This document shows, one piece after another, positions 1-9,193 of a DNA stretch of 64,000 nt. The notes beneath the pieces are model-generated. The model saw nothing but the letters and a program-made list of their open reading frames with translations. It was not told the origin of the DNA and made no database searches. The stretch covers positions 320,001 to 384,000 of the forward strand of contig CAWJJC010000027.1 in the NCBI GenBank assembly GCA_963843145.1. Direction: 5' to 3'. The position numbers were made by a program, and so were the translations under genes. How positions within the stretch are numbered: position 1 is the first letter of the stretch; each line of letters opens with the position of its first letter. This stretch comes from an uncultured delta proteobacterium (GTDB lineage Bacteria; Desulfobacterota; RBG-13-43-22).

Positions 1-899
1 GCCGAGGAATAACAAATGGCCAGGGGATTCCTGATTTCATGGGCGATGCCCCCGGCCATAACCCCCAGAGCGGCCATTTTTTGGGATTGAAGGAGTTCCA
101 TTTCGAATTTCCTCTTTTCCGTCAAATCCCGGCCTACGGCCACGATACCTACTGTTTGATCGCTACTGTCCCTCAGGGGGGAGAAGACCCAGGATACCGG
201 GATAAAAGTCGATCGGCTGGTTCTTAATAAACACTCCTTCATCCGGGCGCCCTTCCAGGTTTCGATACGGGGAAAAATCTCCTGGATTTCCTTTCGATCC
301 TCGGCGGTACAGAAATCGGTAAAATCGCGTTCCCGCGCTTCCGCGGCGGAATAACCGGAAATTCTTTCGGCGGCGCCGTTCCAGGTCTGGATCCTGCCCT
401 TTCGGTCCATGGACAAAATCAAATCATTGGCGCTCTCCACAATGCTGGCCAGATGACCTTCCACCCGTCGCATCTCCTCGCTGAGGCGCGCTTCCTCGGT
501 CACATCATCCATCAGGAGGATAACCCCCTCCACCTTTTCCCGGGAGGAGAAGGGCAGGAGACTGTAGTAATAAATCCGGGTGGGCACCCCGGGGGCGCGG
601 TAGGTCATCCGTTCTCCCTTGGCCGGTTGATTGGTTTCAATGACCTCTCGCATCCGCTTGCCGATGTCCATCTGTTCGAAGATCACGGGGGGAAAAACTT
701 TTTCCAGTTTGTAGCCGAGGGTATTCGTTCGAGTCCTTTGACTCTTTTCGAGAAAATTGCGGTTGGCCGAGACAATACGCATGTCTGGACCAATCAGGAG
801 GACGGATGAGGGTATGGCGTCCAGAAGCATGGTGTAGAGCTGCTCAAACTGGTCCGGAAATTCCTGGAGGGTCGGATCAGGGGGTTTGGATTTGATCAT
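1..899 (-). CDS. PAS-PAS sensor histidine kinase (GvrB-like), runs off the window edge
   Basis: Not in the ORF track. Manual translation from ATG at 899: MIKSKPPDP...LLDAIPSSVLLI...WNGAAERISGY...QSQKMAALGVMAGGIAHEIRNPL (H-box). Overlaps the 3' end of the GvpL/F gene. Confidence 0.9.
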   Translation of the reverse strand, partial: MIKSKPPDPTLQEFPDQFEQLYTMLLDAIPSSVLLIGPDMRIVSANRNFLEKSQRTRTNTLGYKLEKVFPPVIFEQMDIGKRMREVIETNQPAKGERMTYRAPGVPTRIYYYSLLPFSSREKVEGVILLMDDVTEEARLSEEMRRVEGHLASIVESANDLILSMDRKGRIQTWNGAAERISGYSAAEARERDFTDFCTAEDRKEIQEIFPRIETWKGARMKECLLRTSRSTFIPVSWVFSPLRDSSDQTVGIVAVGRDLTEKRKFEMELLQSQKMAALGVMAGGIAHEIRNPLAICYSS

Positions 900-2436
900 T
901 CCTTCCCTTCCTGCCTCGATCCGACTTCTGGGCGGATGGTCCGGCGGGTGCGAGATCGGTGGCGACAAAATTATAAGGCGGCCAGGGACCGCTGATCAGG
1001 GCCTTGGCCTCTCCATCCTTCGGCATTCGCCGGAAGGCTTCCTGGAAGAGGCTGACTTTATTTCCCGGCACCAGGAAATAGAGGGACAAGATGACCGACC
1101 CGTTTTTGGCGGCCGTCTCGGTCCGGTGTCTGCCGTACAGACCGGAAAAGGCCTGGATGGTGCGATCCAGAAGCATCTGTTGCCGGCGGGAGTTCTCAGC
1201 CCTCATCCGGTAATGGGTCTTCCGCAGGGTGAGGTAATCCTGTCCGTTGACCGGCTGTTTTTCCGACGGTGACTCCACCGCCTCCTCGGGCAACAGGATA
1301 CGGATTCCCATTTCGACCCGACCGGCCAGTATATCGAGCAGCGCCTGGTATTGACGCCTCCTCTCTCCCAGGATCTTGCGGATCGCTTCCTTGCCGTTGA
1401 GGAAACAGCCGTAGCGCAGGGGAACAACCGCCTGCCGGCGATGAAGGTCCTCCATAACCCGGCTATAGATCAGGAGTTCGGAAACAGGGGGCGCCCCTTC
1501 CTCGGCCGACATCTCCGACACGGCGGCGCACAGGCCATGAACGGCGACGAAGGATATCTCCCGGCCCTTCACCCCCGTCAGAGGCCCGCCGGGGACGACC
1601 GGATCTTTGGTGATACCGTAGAGCAGATAGGTCATCATCCCTGACGTTTCGAGAACCGGGGCGAAGTGGTAAGGCGGCCAGGGACCGGAAAGCTCAAGCC
1701 GAAGCCCCTGGGCACCATGATCCCTGTTCCATTCGCCCAGCAGGCTTTCCAGGATATCTACGGATCGGTCGGGAACAAGAAAAGCGCCATGGAAAAACAT
1801 CTCACCGTCCATTCCCGTCACCTCCCGCGACAGGAGGCGACGTTCACTGAAAGACGAAGACGTCTCCTGAAAGATCCTCAGGATTTCCTCCCCTCTCTCC
1901 CTGAGCCGGGAGGTCAGCTCCCGCTCTACGGCCCCTTTGATTTTTTGTTCCAGAAAATAGCGCTTCCCCGGAGAAAGGCCGTCTAATTGTTCTTTTTCCG
2001 CCGCTAACCGCGCGTCCAGGATCTGCCTCCGGGCCTGCGGTTTGTCCACATAAGCCTTGAGGCTCCATTCCTTTTTCCCGGCCGTATCCCGGAAAAAGCT
2101 TGACCAGGTACCCTGATGCCGCCTCAGCGGCACCTCCAGCGCCTCGAGGGAAGAAAAGACCGTGCCAAAGCGAACGGGCAGCACGGGGACCTGCTCCATG
2201 ACGTCCATGATGACCGCCTCGTGACGCAGCGCCCGAGATCCGATCCAGGCCAGATCTTCCAGGCGGGTCTGGGCTTCCGGTCCGCAGAAATCCACCAAGG
2301 CGACCTCGGAGAAGATGGCGGCCACGTCCCCGACGATTTCGGCAGCGAGGGGATGCTCCCCGCCGATCCCCGTTCCCTTGACCTCCGGAAGAGGATTTCC
2401 CGGCGTCAGGCAAAAAAGATAGATTCCGGTGCTCAC
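877..2436 (-). CDS. Gas vesicle protein with two tandem GvpL/GvpF domains (gvpF2-gvpF3-like fusion)
   Basis: Two units, each starting with YL(F/L)(C/Y), containing (V)LP(V/L)R(F/Y)G and ending in SGPWPPY(H/N)F. Confidence 0.9.
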   Translation of the reverse strand: MSTGIYLFCLTPGNPLPEVKGTGIGGEHPLAAEIVGDVAAIFSEVALVDFCGPEAQTRLEDLAWIGSRALRHEAVIMDVMEQVPVLPVRFGTVFSSLEALEVPLRRHQGTWSSFFRDTAGKKEWSLKAYVDKPQARRQILDARLAAEKEQLDGLSPGKRYFLEQKIKGAVERELTSRLRERGEEILRIFQETSSSFSERRLLSREVTGMDGEMFFHGAFLVPDRSVDILESLLGEWNRDHGAQGLRLELSGPWPPYHFAPVLETSGMMTYLLYGITKDPVVPGGPLTGVKGREISFVAVHGLCAAVSEMSAEEGAPPVSELLIYSRVMEDLHRRQAVVPLRYGCFLNGKEAIRKILGERRRQYQALLDILAGRVEMGIRILLPEEAVESPSEKQPVNGQDYLTLRKTHYRMRAENSRRQQMLLDRTIQAFSGLYGRHRTETAAKNGSVILSLYFLVPGNKVSLFQEAFRRMPKDGEAKALISGPWPPYNFVATDLAPAGPSAQKSDRGRKGRNDQIQTP

Positions 2437-4568
2437 CCCATCCGCCCGCGCACTTCCTCCAGGGCCTCCTCGATATCCTCAGGCCGGATGAGGATTTCCG
2501 GTTCCCCGGCCCCGGACTTCTCCAGGGTCTTTACGGCCCGGCGAACCGCCGTCATGGCGGCTTGGCGCATGACCGCGGCGATGTCGGCCCCGGTGAAGCC
2601 TTCGGTCCTTTCTGCCAGTTTCGTGCTGTGAATATTTTTAGCTAGAGGTTTCTGACGAAAATGCACCACAAATATCTCCTTCCGATCTGCTTGGGTGGGC
2701 ACCATCATCTCGACAATATCGTCGAAGCGGCCCGGTCGGAGGACCGCGGCATCCAAAATATCTAAACGATTGGTCGCCCCCAGGACGAGAACTCCTCGAA
2801 GTTCGTCGATGCCGTCAAACTCAGCCAAAAACTGGCTGAGGATCCGTTCGGAGACATGGGAATCCGAAGCCCCGGCGCTCCGGGTCGGAACGAGCGCGTC
2901 GATCTCGTCAAAAAAGATGATGCAGGGCGCCGCCTGTCTGGCTTTGTGAAAGATCTCCCGGAGCCCCTTCTCCGACTCTCCGACCCATTTCGACATCAAG
3001 GCCGGCCCTTTGACGGAGATGAAATTTACCTGGCTTTCCGTGGCAATCGCCTTGGCCATCATCGTCTTGCCGCATCCCGGAGGACCGGCAAGAAGAATCC
3101 CCTTGGGCGGGGTCACGCCCCCCTTTTCAAAAAGGTGCGGATACTTCAGCGGCCACTCCACGGCCTCGACGAGGCGCTGTTTCAAAGAAGCGAGGCCTCC
3201 GACGTCTCCCCAGTGCACATTCGGAGATTCGACAAAGACCTCCCGGATGGCGGATGGTTCGATCTCCCGCAGGGCGGCCAGGAAGTCTTCCATGCGCACC
3301 TCGAGTTTCGAGAGGGTTTCGTAAGGAATCCCGGCCTGCCCGAAATCGATCTCCCCCATGATCTGGCGCAGGCAGCTCATGGCCGCTTCCCGGCAGAGGG
3401 CCTCTAAATCCGCTCCGACGAAACCGTGGGTGATTTCCGCCAGGTGATCCAGGTGGACGTCTTCGGCCAGGGGCATCCCCCGGCTGTGAATCTCCAGGAT
3501 CTCCAGACGGCCGCGCCGGTCCGGGATGGGAATAACGATCTCCCGGTCAAAGCGGCCCGGTCGCCGCAGGGCCGGGTCAAGGGCATTGGGAATATTGGTA
3601 GCGGCAATGACGATGACGTTCTGTCTCTTGTTCAGACCGTCCATGAGGGCCAGAAGCTGGGCGACGACCCTTTTTTCCACGTCCCCGACCACGTTTTCCC
3701 GGCGGGGGGCGATGGCGTCGATTTCGTCAAGAAAGAGGATGCTCGGTCCCTTCCGGGTCGCCTCTTCGAAGATCTTCCGCAGGTGGGCCTCGCTTTCACC
3801 ATAAAACTTGTGGATAATCTCCGGTCCGCTGATGGAAAAGAAATTGGCCTCCGTCTCGTGAGCAATGGCGCGGGCGATGAGGGTCTTCCCGCACCCCGGA
3901 GGACCATAGAGCAGCACTCCTTTGGGGGCATCGATCCCCAGGCGTTCAAAAACCTCGGGATAGCGCAGCGGCAGTTCAATCATCTCCCGGATGCGCTGAA
4001 GCTGGGATTTCAAACCGCCGATGTCTTCATAGGCCAGGGTCCTGCCGACCCCTTCTTCTCCTTGCGACTTGCCGATAACCAGAATGGTGGTCGGGTTGAT
4101 GATCACCGGCCCCTTGGGCGTCACGGATTCGACTTTGAAGAAAGCGGCCCGGCTGCCGAACAGGGCCGCCTGGATCTTGGCCCCCTCCATGACCGGCAGC
4201 CCATCGAGGAGGCTCCCGATGTATTTCAGGTCCCGCTCCGCCGGGGTGACGTTGGTCGGCGTCAGGACGATCCGTTCCGCCGGACGGCATTTCAATTTGC
4301 CGATTTTCACCATTTCATCAAGCCCGACGCCGGCGTTCTCCCGGGTCAATCCGTCCAGTTGGACTCGGGACTGGCCGCGGATTTCCTTAAAAGCGGGCAT
4401 GACTTTGCAGAGGGCCTTGCGCTTTCCCTCGACTTCCACCGTGTCGCCGACAGCCGCCTGGAGTCGATCGAGATCTTCCGGTCCCATCCGGGCTAAAGCG
4501 CGTCCGACGTCCTTGGTCAGGGCTTCGGTTACTTTCAGCTTGATGAACGGTTTTTCAGTCTCTTTCAT
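2433..4568 (-). CDS. CDC48/VCP-family AAA+ ATPase (GvpZ-like)
   Basis: CDC48 N-domain (LKVTEALTKDVGRALARM) plus two AAA modules with GPPGCGKT, FLDEID/FFDEID and RPGRFD. Confidence 0.95.
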   Translation of the reverse strand: MKETEKPFIKLKVTEALTKDVGRALARMGPEDLDRLQAAVGDTVEVEGKRKALCKVMPAFKEIRGQSRVQLDGLTRENAGVGLDEMVKIGKLKCRPAERIVLTPTNVTPAERDLKYIGSLLDGLPVMEGAKIQAALFGSRAAFFKVESVTPKGPVIINPTTILVIGKSQGEEGVGRTLAYEDIGGLKSQLQRIREMIELPLRYPEVFERLGIDAPKGVLLYGPPGCGKTLIARAIAHETEANFFSISGPEIIHKFYGESEAHLRKIFEEATRKGPSILFLDEIDAIAPRRENVVGDVEKRVVAQLLALMDGLNKRQNVIVIAATNIPNALDPALRRPGRFDREIVIPIPDRRGRLEILEIHSRGMPLAEDVHLDHLAEITHGFVGADLEALCREAAMSCLRQIMGEIDFGQAGIPYETLSKLEVRMEDFLAALREIEPSAIREVFVESPNVHWGDVGGLASLKQRLVEAVEWPLKYPHLFEKGGVTPPKGILLAGPPGCGKTMMAKAIATESQVNFISVKGPALMSKWVGESEKGLREIFHKARQAAPCIIFFDEIDALVPTRSAGASDSHVSERILSQFLAEFDGIDELRGVLVLGATNRLDILDAAVLRPGRFDDIVEMMVPTQADRKEIFVVHFRQKPLAKNIHSTKLAERTEGFTGADIAAVMRQAAMTAVRRAVKTLEKSGAGEPEILIRPEDIEEALEEVRGRMG

Positions 4569-4579
4569 AATCCCTCACT

Positions 4580-5269
4580 TTAGGTCTTTTCACATCGGAT
4601 GGTCACAATGCCGTTGTTGCAGGTTACCTTGATCCTCTCCTCGGAAAGGCTGTGACGCAACAGGATCTCTTTCCGGTATTTTTTCCCGCCTTTCTTGGCG
4701 AAGACCGTCAGGACGTCGTCCCGGACTTCAATTTTGATATCCTCCGGCCCCACCCCCGGCATTTCGGCGATCAAGGTGGTGCCGGACTCATCCTCGAAGA
4801 CATCGAGGGGAGGTTCGTGGATTTCCTGAACCACCGCCTCACCGGTTTTCTTGTCTTTGCGTATGTTGCCAAAAGGTTCCACCCGGATTTGATCGTCCTG
4901 GCCCCCTAAACCCGTTTTCATGGTAAATCCATAGACCCCTTTGAGGCCGCCTTCTTTTGACGAGAAGGTAAATTCCCCTTTATCAGACAGGGATTCCCCT
5001 TTTTCCGAAATAGCATTGAGCTTTTCAGCTATGTCCGTCAAACCGGTGAGGAACCGGCTGAAACGGTTCTCGCCGGCCGTCTTTTCCCCGCTTCCACGGT
5101 CCGCCCGGTCGCTCCCCGGACGGGAAGCCCGATCTCGAGCGTGCTTCTCTCCTGCCTCGGCCAGGTCCCCAAGGTTATTCAAAAATCCGGTCAGGCTATT
5201 AAAAACGCCGCCTCCAAATCCCGCTTGTTCCCCTTCGCCGTTTTTGAGGTCCGGCCTACGTTTTTTCAT
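4580..5269 (-). CDS. Hsp20/alpha-crystallin family protein (GvpH-like)
   Basis: C-terminal EPPLDVFED...IAEMPGV...NNGIVTI; also the GVYGFTMKTGLG...PFGNI segment seen in archaeal-type Hsp20s. Confidence 0.85.
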   Translation of the reverse strand: MKKRRPDLKNGEGEQAGFGGGVFNSLTGFLNNLGDLAEAGEKHARDRASRPGSDRADRGSGEKTAGENRFSRFLTGLTDIAEKLNAISEKGESLSDKGEFTFSSKEGGLKGVYGFTMKTGLGGQDDQIRVEPFGNIRKDKKTGEAVVQEIHEPPLDVFEDESGTTLIAEMPGVGPEDIKIEVRDDVLTVFAKKGGKKYRKEILLRHSLSEERIKVTCNNGIVTIRCEKT

Positions 5270-6677
5270 TGGTTCCTCCGTTTATTCGGATTCCAAATTT
5301 TTTCACTTTCGTATGAATGGTCTTATAGTCGACCTTCAACAACCTGGCCGCCTGGGCCTTGTTTCCTCCTGTTGTTTTCAGCACTTCCGTGAGAACCTTT
5401 TTTTCCACGTCCAGAACGTTCATTCGAACAATTTCGGCGAGGGACGTATGCTCCCAAGGCGTTCTCTGAACCTTCGAGGCATAGGCCATTTCCGGCGCCG
5501 AAGCCCGCTTGATGCTGAGATTCTTTTCGGTGATCACCTCCTTGACCACCAGGGCGGCCTGCCGGATTACCGATCGGAGCTGGCGGACATTTCCCGGCCA
5601 GTCATAAGACATCAAGGTCTCCACCGCCCCGTCCGTGAAACCCTTGACCAACTTGTTCAATTCGATATTGGCCAGATCCAGAAAACGCTTGGCCAGGTAA
5701 GGAATATCGTCTTTTCTCTCTCGGAGGGGGGGGATAATAATCGTAAACTCGCTCAGACGGTAATAGAGATCCTTTCGAAAAGTACCCGCAGCACTCATTT
5801 GCTGAAGGTCCTGATTGGTCGCCACGATGATCCGGATATCCACGTCCACGGGTTTCGACCCGCCGATCCGATAGAGCTTCCGATCTTGAATAACCCGGAG
5901 GAACTTCGCCTGAGAACCGGGGGGCATATTGGCGATCTCATCCATGAACAGGGTCCCGCCGTGGGCCAGTTCAAACTTGCCAATTTTCTGGCGCTCCGCT
6001 CCGGTGAACGATCCCTTTTCATGACCAAACAGTTCGCTCTCCAACAGCGGTTCGGGAATGGCACCGCAATCCACCGGCATAAAGGTCGCGTCCCTCCGCT
6101 GGCTGTCTTCATGTATGGCCTCGGCAACCAGTTCTTTTCCCGTGCCCGTCTCGCCCAGGATGACCACAGAGAAGTCCGATTTCGATACCCGGTGGACCTC
6201 GGCCACAAGCCGGCTGACCATTTCGCTGGGTCCCATGCGCTGGATAAGGCCAAAGTTTCCCTGATAGCCGTCTTTTTTGGATTTCAGGGCCCTCTTTAAT
6301 TTTCCTTCCGCCAGGGCGCGGCGGGTAATCCTGACCACCTCGTCATTGTCGAAGGGTTTGGACAAATAATCAAAGGCCCCTATCTTTATGGCCTCCACGG
6401 CCTGGTGAATATCGGCGTAGGCCGTGACCAGCACCACCGGCAGGTCGTCGTCAATGGTCTTAATTTTTTTCAGGACCTCCATGCCGTTGAGGCCAGGCAT
6501 GCGGATATCCAGGAGCACGGCATCCGGGGTATCGAATAAAATCCTCTGGATGGCCTGATCTCCGTCAGGAGCGGTGATGACTTTGATTCCCTCATTTTCC
6601 AGGATATGGATCAGAATCTTTCTGATTCCCTCTTCATCATCGACGACCAGAATACGTCCTATAAAATCATCCTTCAT
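5256..6677 (-). CDS. Sigma-54-dependent response regulator, NtrC family (GvrA-like)
   Basis: REC domain (ILVVDDE, LLDIRMP), GETGTGKE, ESELFGHEKGSFTGA, WPGNVRQL and a Fis-type HTH. Start reassigned to MKDDF at 6677. Confidence 0.95.
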   Translation of the reverse strand: MKDDFIGRILVVDDEEGIRKILIHILENEGIKVITAPDGDQAIQRILFDTPDAVLLDIRMPGLNGMEVLKKIKTIDDDLPVVLVTAYADIHQAVEAIKIGAFDYLSKPFDNDEVVRITRRALAEGKLKRALKSKKDGYQGNFGLIQRMGPSEMVSRLVAEVHRVSKSDFSVVILGETGTGKELVAEAIHEDSQRRDATFMPVDCGAIPEPLLESELFGHEKGSFTGAERQKIGKFELAHGGTLFMDEIANMPPGSQAKFLRVIQDRKLYRIGGSKPVDVDIRIIVATNQDLQQMSAAGTFRKDLYYRLSEFTIIIPPLRERKDDIPYLAKRFLDLANIELNKLVKGFTDGAVETLMSYDWPGNVRQLRSVIRQAALVVKEVITEKNLSIKRASAPEMAYASKVQRTPWEHTSLAEIVRMNVLDVEKKVLTEVLKTTGGNKAQAARLLKVDYKTIHTKVKKFGIRINGGTNEKT

Positions 6678-6678
6678 A

Positions 6679-7293
6679 TCATCTTTTTCCTTTATTTGAA
6701 GGACGATTAATGGGATAAAGAATATGAATATCTTCCGGCAGGAAATCGGCAACATTATGCAGCATCCCCAGGAAAAGGATGCCTGTCTCCCCCGCCTGCA
6801 GGGTCGTTGCGATCCTCGACGCAATGAACGCGTCCCGCTTCCTCAGCAGAAGATCACTGGCCGCCTTTTGACTGGCCTCGATCTCGATGGCCTTTTTTAC
6901 CTCGCCGGATTCGAGAACCTTTTTGATGAGCCGATACTCTTCGATGAGCAGTTCCGCCGATTCCGTGCCCATGATCGTCGCCCCTTTTTCCATAAGGCGG
7001 ACCAAGAGTTGGTGATTGGGACTTCCTTTTCTTGCTATTTCAGTTATTATCTCCATCTCTTTATCACACACCGGCAGGCCATCCTGGTAAACGCGGGTTT
7101 GTCCATAGGAAAGAGAAAGGGTATCGAGGGTGTCTTCTATGCCGGACCAAAACTTTTCGATAAGCTGGTGTTTACGTCTCCAGGTTCGCTCACCGAGCTT
7201 TTGGAGGGTGACCTTTTTGACCGATTCGCTCAGTGTCCCCATATCTGACTCGGTGTGGACAATAGGAATGTAGATAAGCGTTCTGGAAGTCAT
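6679..7293 (-). CDS. Hypothetical protein, positional equivalent of GvpY
   Basis: 204-aa ORF with RBS (GAAGGAG) that abuts the gvrA-like gene. Motifs IPIVH, YQDGLP, RDAFIA and LFLGMLH suggest a TraB/TIKI-like fold. Confidence 0.75.
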   Translation of the reverse strand: MTSRTLIYIPIVHTESDMGTLSESVKKVTLQKLGERTWRRKHQLIEKFWSGIEDTLDTLSLSYGQTRVYQDGLPVCDKEMEIITEIARKGSPNHQLLVRLMEKGATIMGTESAELLIEEYRLIKKVLESGEVKKAIEIEASQKAASDLLLRKRDAFIASRIATTLQAGETGILFLGMLHNVADFLPEDIHILYPINRPSNKGKR

Positions 7294-7322
7294 GGCTCCT
7301 TCGCCCGATACTGTGGGATATA

Positions 7323-7372
7323 TGGAATCTCTTCTATGGAAAACGTTCCATCATAATATGGAATATGTTCCA
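7323..7372. promoter_or_regulatory. Three TGGAA-N4-TTCCA palindromic operator-like sites
   Basis: TGGAAtctcTTCTA (7323), TGGAAaacgTTCCA (7337), TGGAAtatgTTCCA (7359). Confidence 0.6.
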
Positions 7373-7474
7373 GCAGGTCAACCATATTCAGGAAATATTG
7401 AGAATAATTTCGCTGATTTTATCTGGTCCTATCGCCCATTCCTCGCTGGGCGAAAGCCTGATGACCCTGTAATA

Positions 7475-7492
7475 TTGCATGAATCATGCCTT
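7475..7492 (-). promoter_or_regulatory. Putative sigma-54 (-24/-12) promoter facing the gvp-like operon
   Basis: Minus strand aaGGCATGATTCATGCaa = GG-N10-GC. Confidence 0.6.
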
Positions 7493-7574
7493 CTTTCCGT
7501 CAGTCCTGTATAGGCTGGAATCCGGAGTTTACTTAACCCGTATCCACCCGGAGGCTGAAAGCGTTGGTCACTTT

Positions 7575-9110
7575 TCATGGTTGGCAAAGAGGCAGCTCAA
7601 TGATGAAGGATGTCCCTCCCAGGGTATTGTTTTCCGCGTGAATCGTCCCGCCGTGCTCCCGGATGATCCCTTTGCAGACAGACAAACCCAGTCCGGTGCC
7701 CTCTCCCGGATCTTTGGTAGTAAAGAACGGCTCGAAAATCAGGCCCAAGTTTTCCGCAAGAATACCCTGGCCGTTATCCGCAACGGTCAGGAGGACAGAA
7801 GGCCTGTTCGAAGAAATTCCCGGACGGTGGACCGTAATAATCAGCCGTTTCTGTCGATTGCCGGCCATCGCGGCACAGGCGTTGCGGATAAGGTTGAAAA
7901 CCACTTCCACCAGCCGGGCGCTTTCCATTTTTACCGGTATGACCTCCGGCGGGGCATGGTACTCAACCTGGACCCGATCATCTTTAATCTTGAGCTCCGC
8001 CATTTGCAGACCCCGGTCGATGACCTGGCGGAGGTCGCCGCCAATAAGCCTCGTTGATTCTTTAGCGGAGGATTGACGCAAGTCATGGACAATCTTTACA
8101 ATTCGCTTTATCTGTTCCCGGCTGATCTGCAGGTTTTCTCTGGCCCCTGGCGAAAGGGGTTCTTCTTCCAGAAATTGAAGCCGCGAGGAGATGATGCTGG
8201 CGGGATTGAGGATTTCATGGGCAACGCCGGCGGCCAAGCGTCCGACAGCCGCATCCCTTTCGATCTGGATCAGCAGGTCTTTTGTCTTCTGCAAATGGTC
8301 CAATGTCTCCGTCAGTTTCTCCTCCGCCTGCTTGCGCCCGGTAATGTCTTTTGATACAACAACGACTTCTGAAATTTCTCCAGCGTGCTTCCGATCCCTT
8401 ATCGGGGTGAAGGTACGGAGAAAATACCTCCCATCCCTTTCACTTCGGTATTCTTGAGTGATCGGTTCACCCATTTTAAATACTTTTCTCATCGTTTCCG
8501 CAAAGTCGTTTGAGTTCTCCCGGGAGTGAAATTTGCTGTATCTTTTGCCGACAATATCCTTTAATGGAAGCCCAAATCTCTGCCGGTGTCCTTCATTCAT
8601 GAATAAATACTCGCCTTCCCGGTTTACTAAATACATGGAATCTATGGAAGACGCTAATAACCGGTATTTCTCCAGACTCTGGGCCAATAGCTCCTCTGTC
8701 TTTCTCCTTTCCTGCTCCACCCTGGAGGTATATAGGGCTATTTCGATATTGACTTTGATCTCACTGCTCTGAAAGGGTTTGAGTATATAACCAAAAGGAT
8801 TGACCAATTTAGCCCGTTCCACCCATTCCCGGTCCGCATAGGCCGTGACAAAGATCACCGGGATTCCCCAACGGGAGCGAATGAGGGCCGCGGCCTCGAT
8901 CCCGTCCATTTGACCTTTCAGAACGATGTCCATGAGGACGAGGTCCGGAGATTCCCGCTCCACCACTTCCAGAGACTTTTTCGCCGAATCCACACAAACA
9001 ATGGCCCTATATCCCAACTGCTCCACGCAGGATTTGAGATCAACGGCAATAACGCCCTCATCTTCCACAATCAGGATTTTGGGTTGGGTTGCTGCTTGCT
9101 GTTCAGTCAT
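7575..9110 (-). CDS. REC-PAS-histidine kinase hybrid
   Basis: N-terminal ILIVEDE...LMDI receiver, PAS, AHEILNP H-box, DNGQG / FFTTK / GTGLGL ATPase boxes. Confidence 0.93.
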   Translation of the reverse strand: MTEQQAATQPKILIVEDEGVIAVDLKSCVEQLGYRAIVCVDSAKKSLEVVERESPDLVLMDIVLKGQMDGIEAAALIRSRWGIPVIFVTAYADREWVERAKLVNPFGYILKPFQSSEIKVNIEIALYTSRVEQERRKTEELLAQSLEKYRLLASSIDSMYLVNREGEYLFMNEGHRQRFGLPLKDIVGKRYSKFHSRENSNDFAETMRKVFKMGEPITQEYRSERDGRYFLRTFTPIRDRKHAGEISEVVVVSKDITGRKQAEEKLTETLDHLQKTKDLLIQIERDAAVGRLAAGVAHEILNPASIISSRLQFLEEEPLSPGARENLQISREQIKRIVKIVHDLRQSSAKESTRLIGGDLRQVIDRGLQMAELKIKDDRVQVEYHAPPEVIPVKMESARLVEVVFNLIRNACAAMAGNRQKRLIITVHRPGISSNRPSVLLTVADNGQGILAENLGLIFEPFFTTKDPGEGTGLGLSVCKGIIREHGGTIHAENNTLGGTSFIIELPLCQP

Positions 9111-9193
9111 AGAGGTCCCCCCTGAATTGGGTTTTGCTGTTCAACGGTCGGAGTTCGGCAACAGACAGGACCCGGTACTCAGTGTCCTCAACG

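Noticed and set aside
3426-6299. Long plus-strand ORFs (3426-4496, 4941-6299) and similar ones elsewhere (16498-17427, 26746-27771)
   Set aside because: Antisense shadows of well-supported genes in GC-rich DNA.
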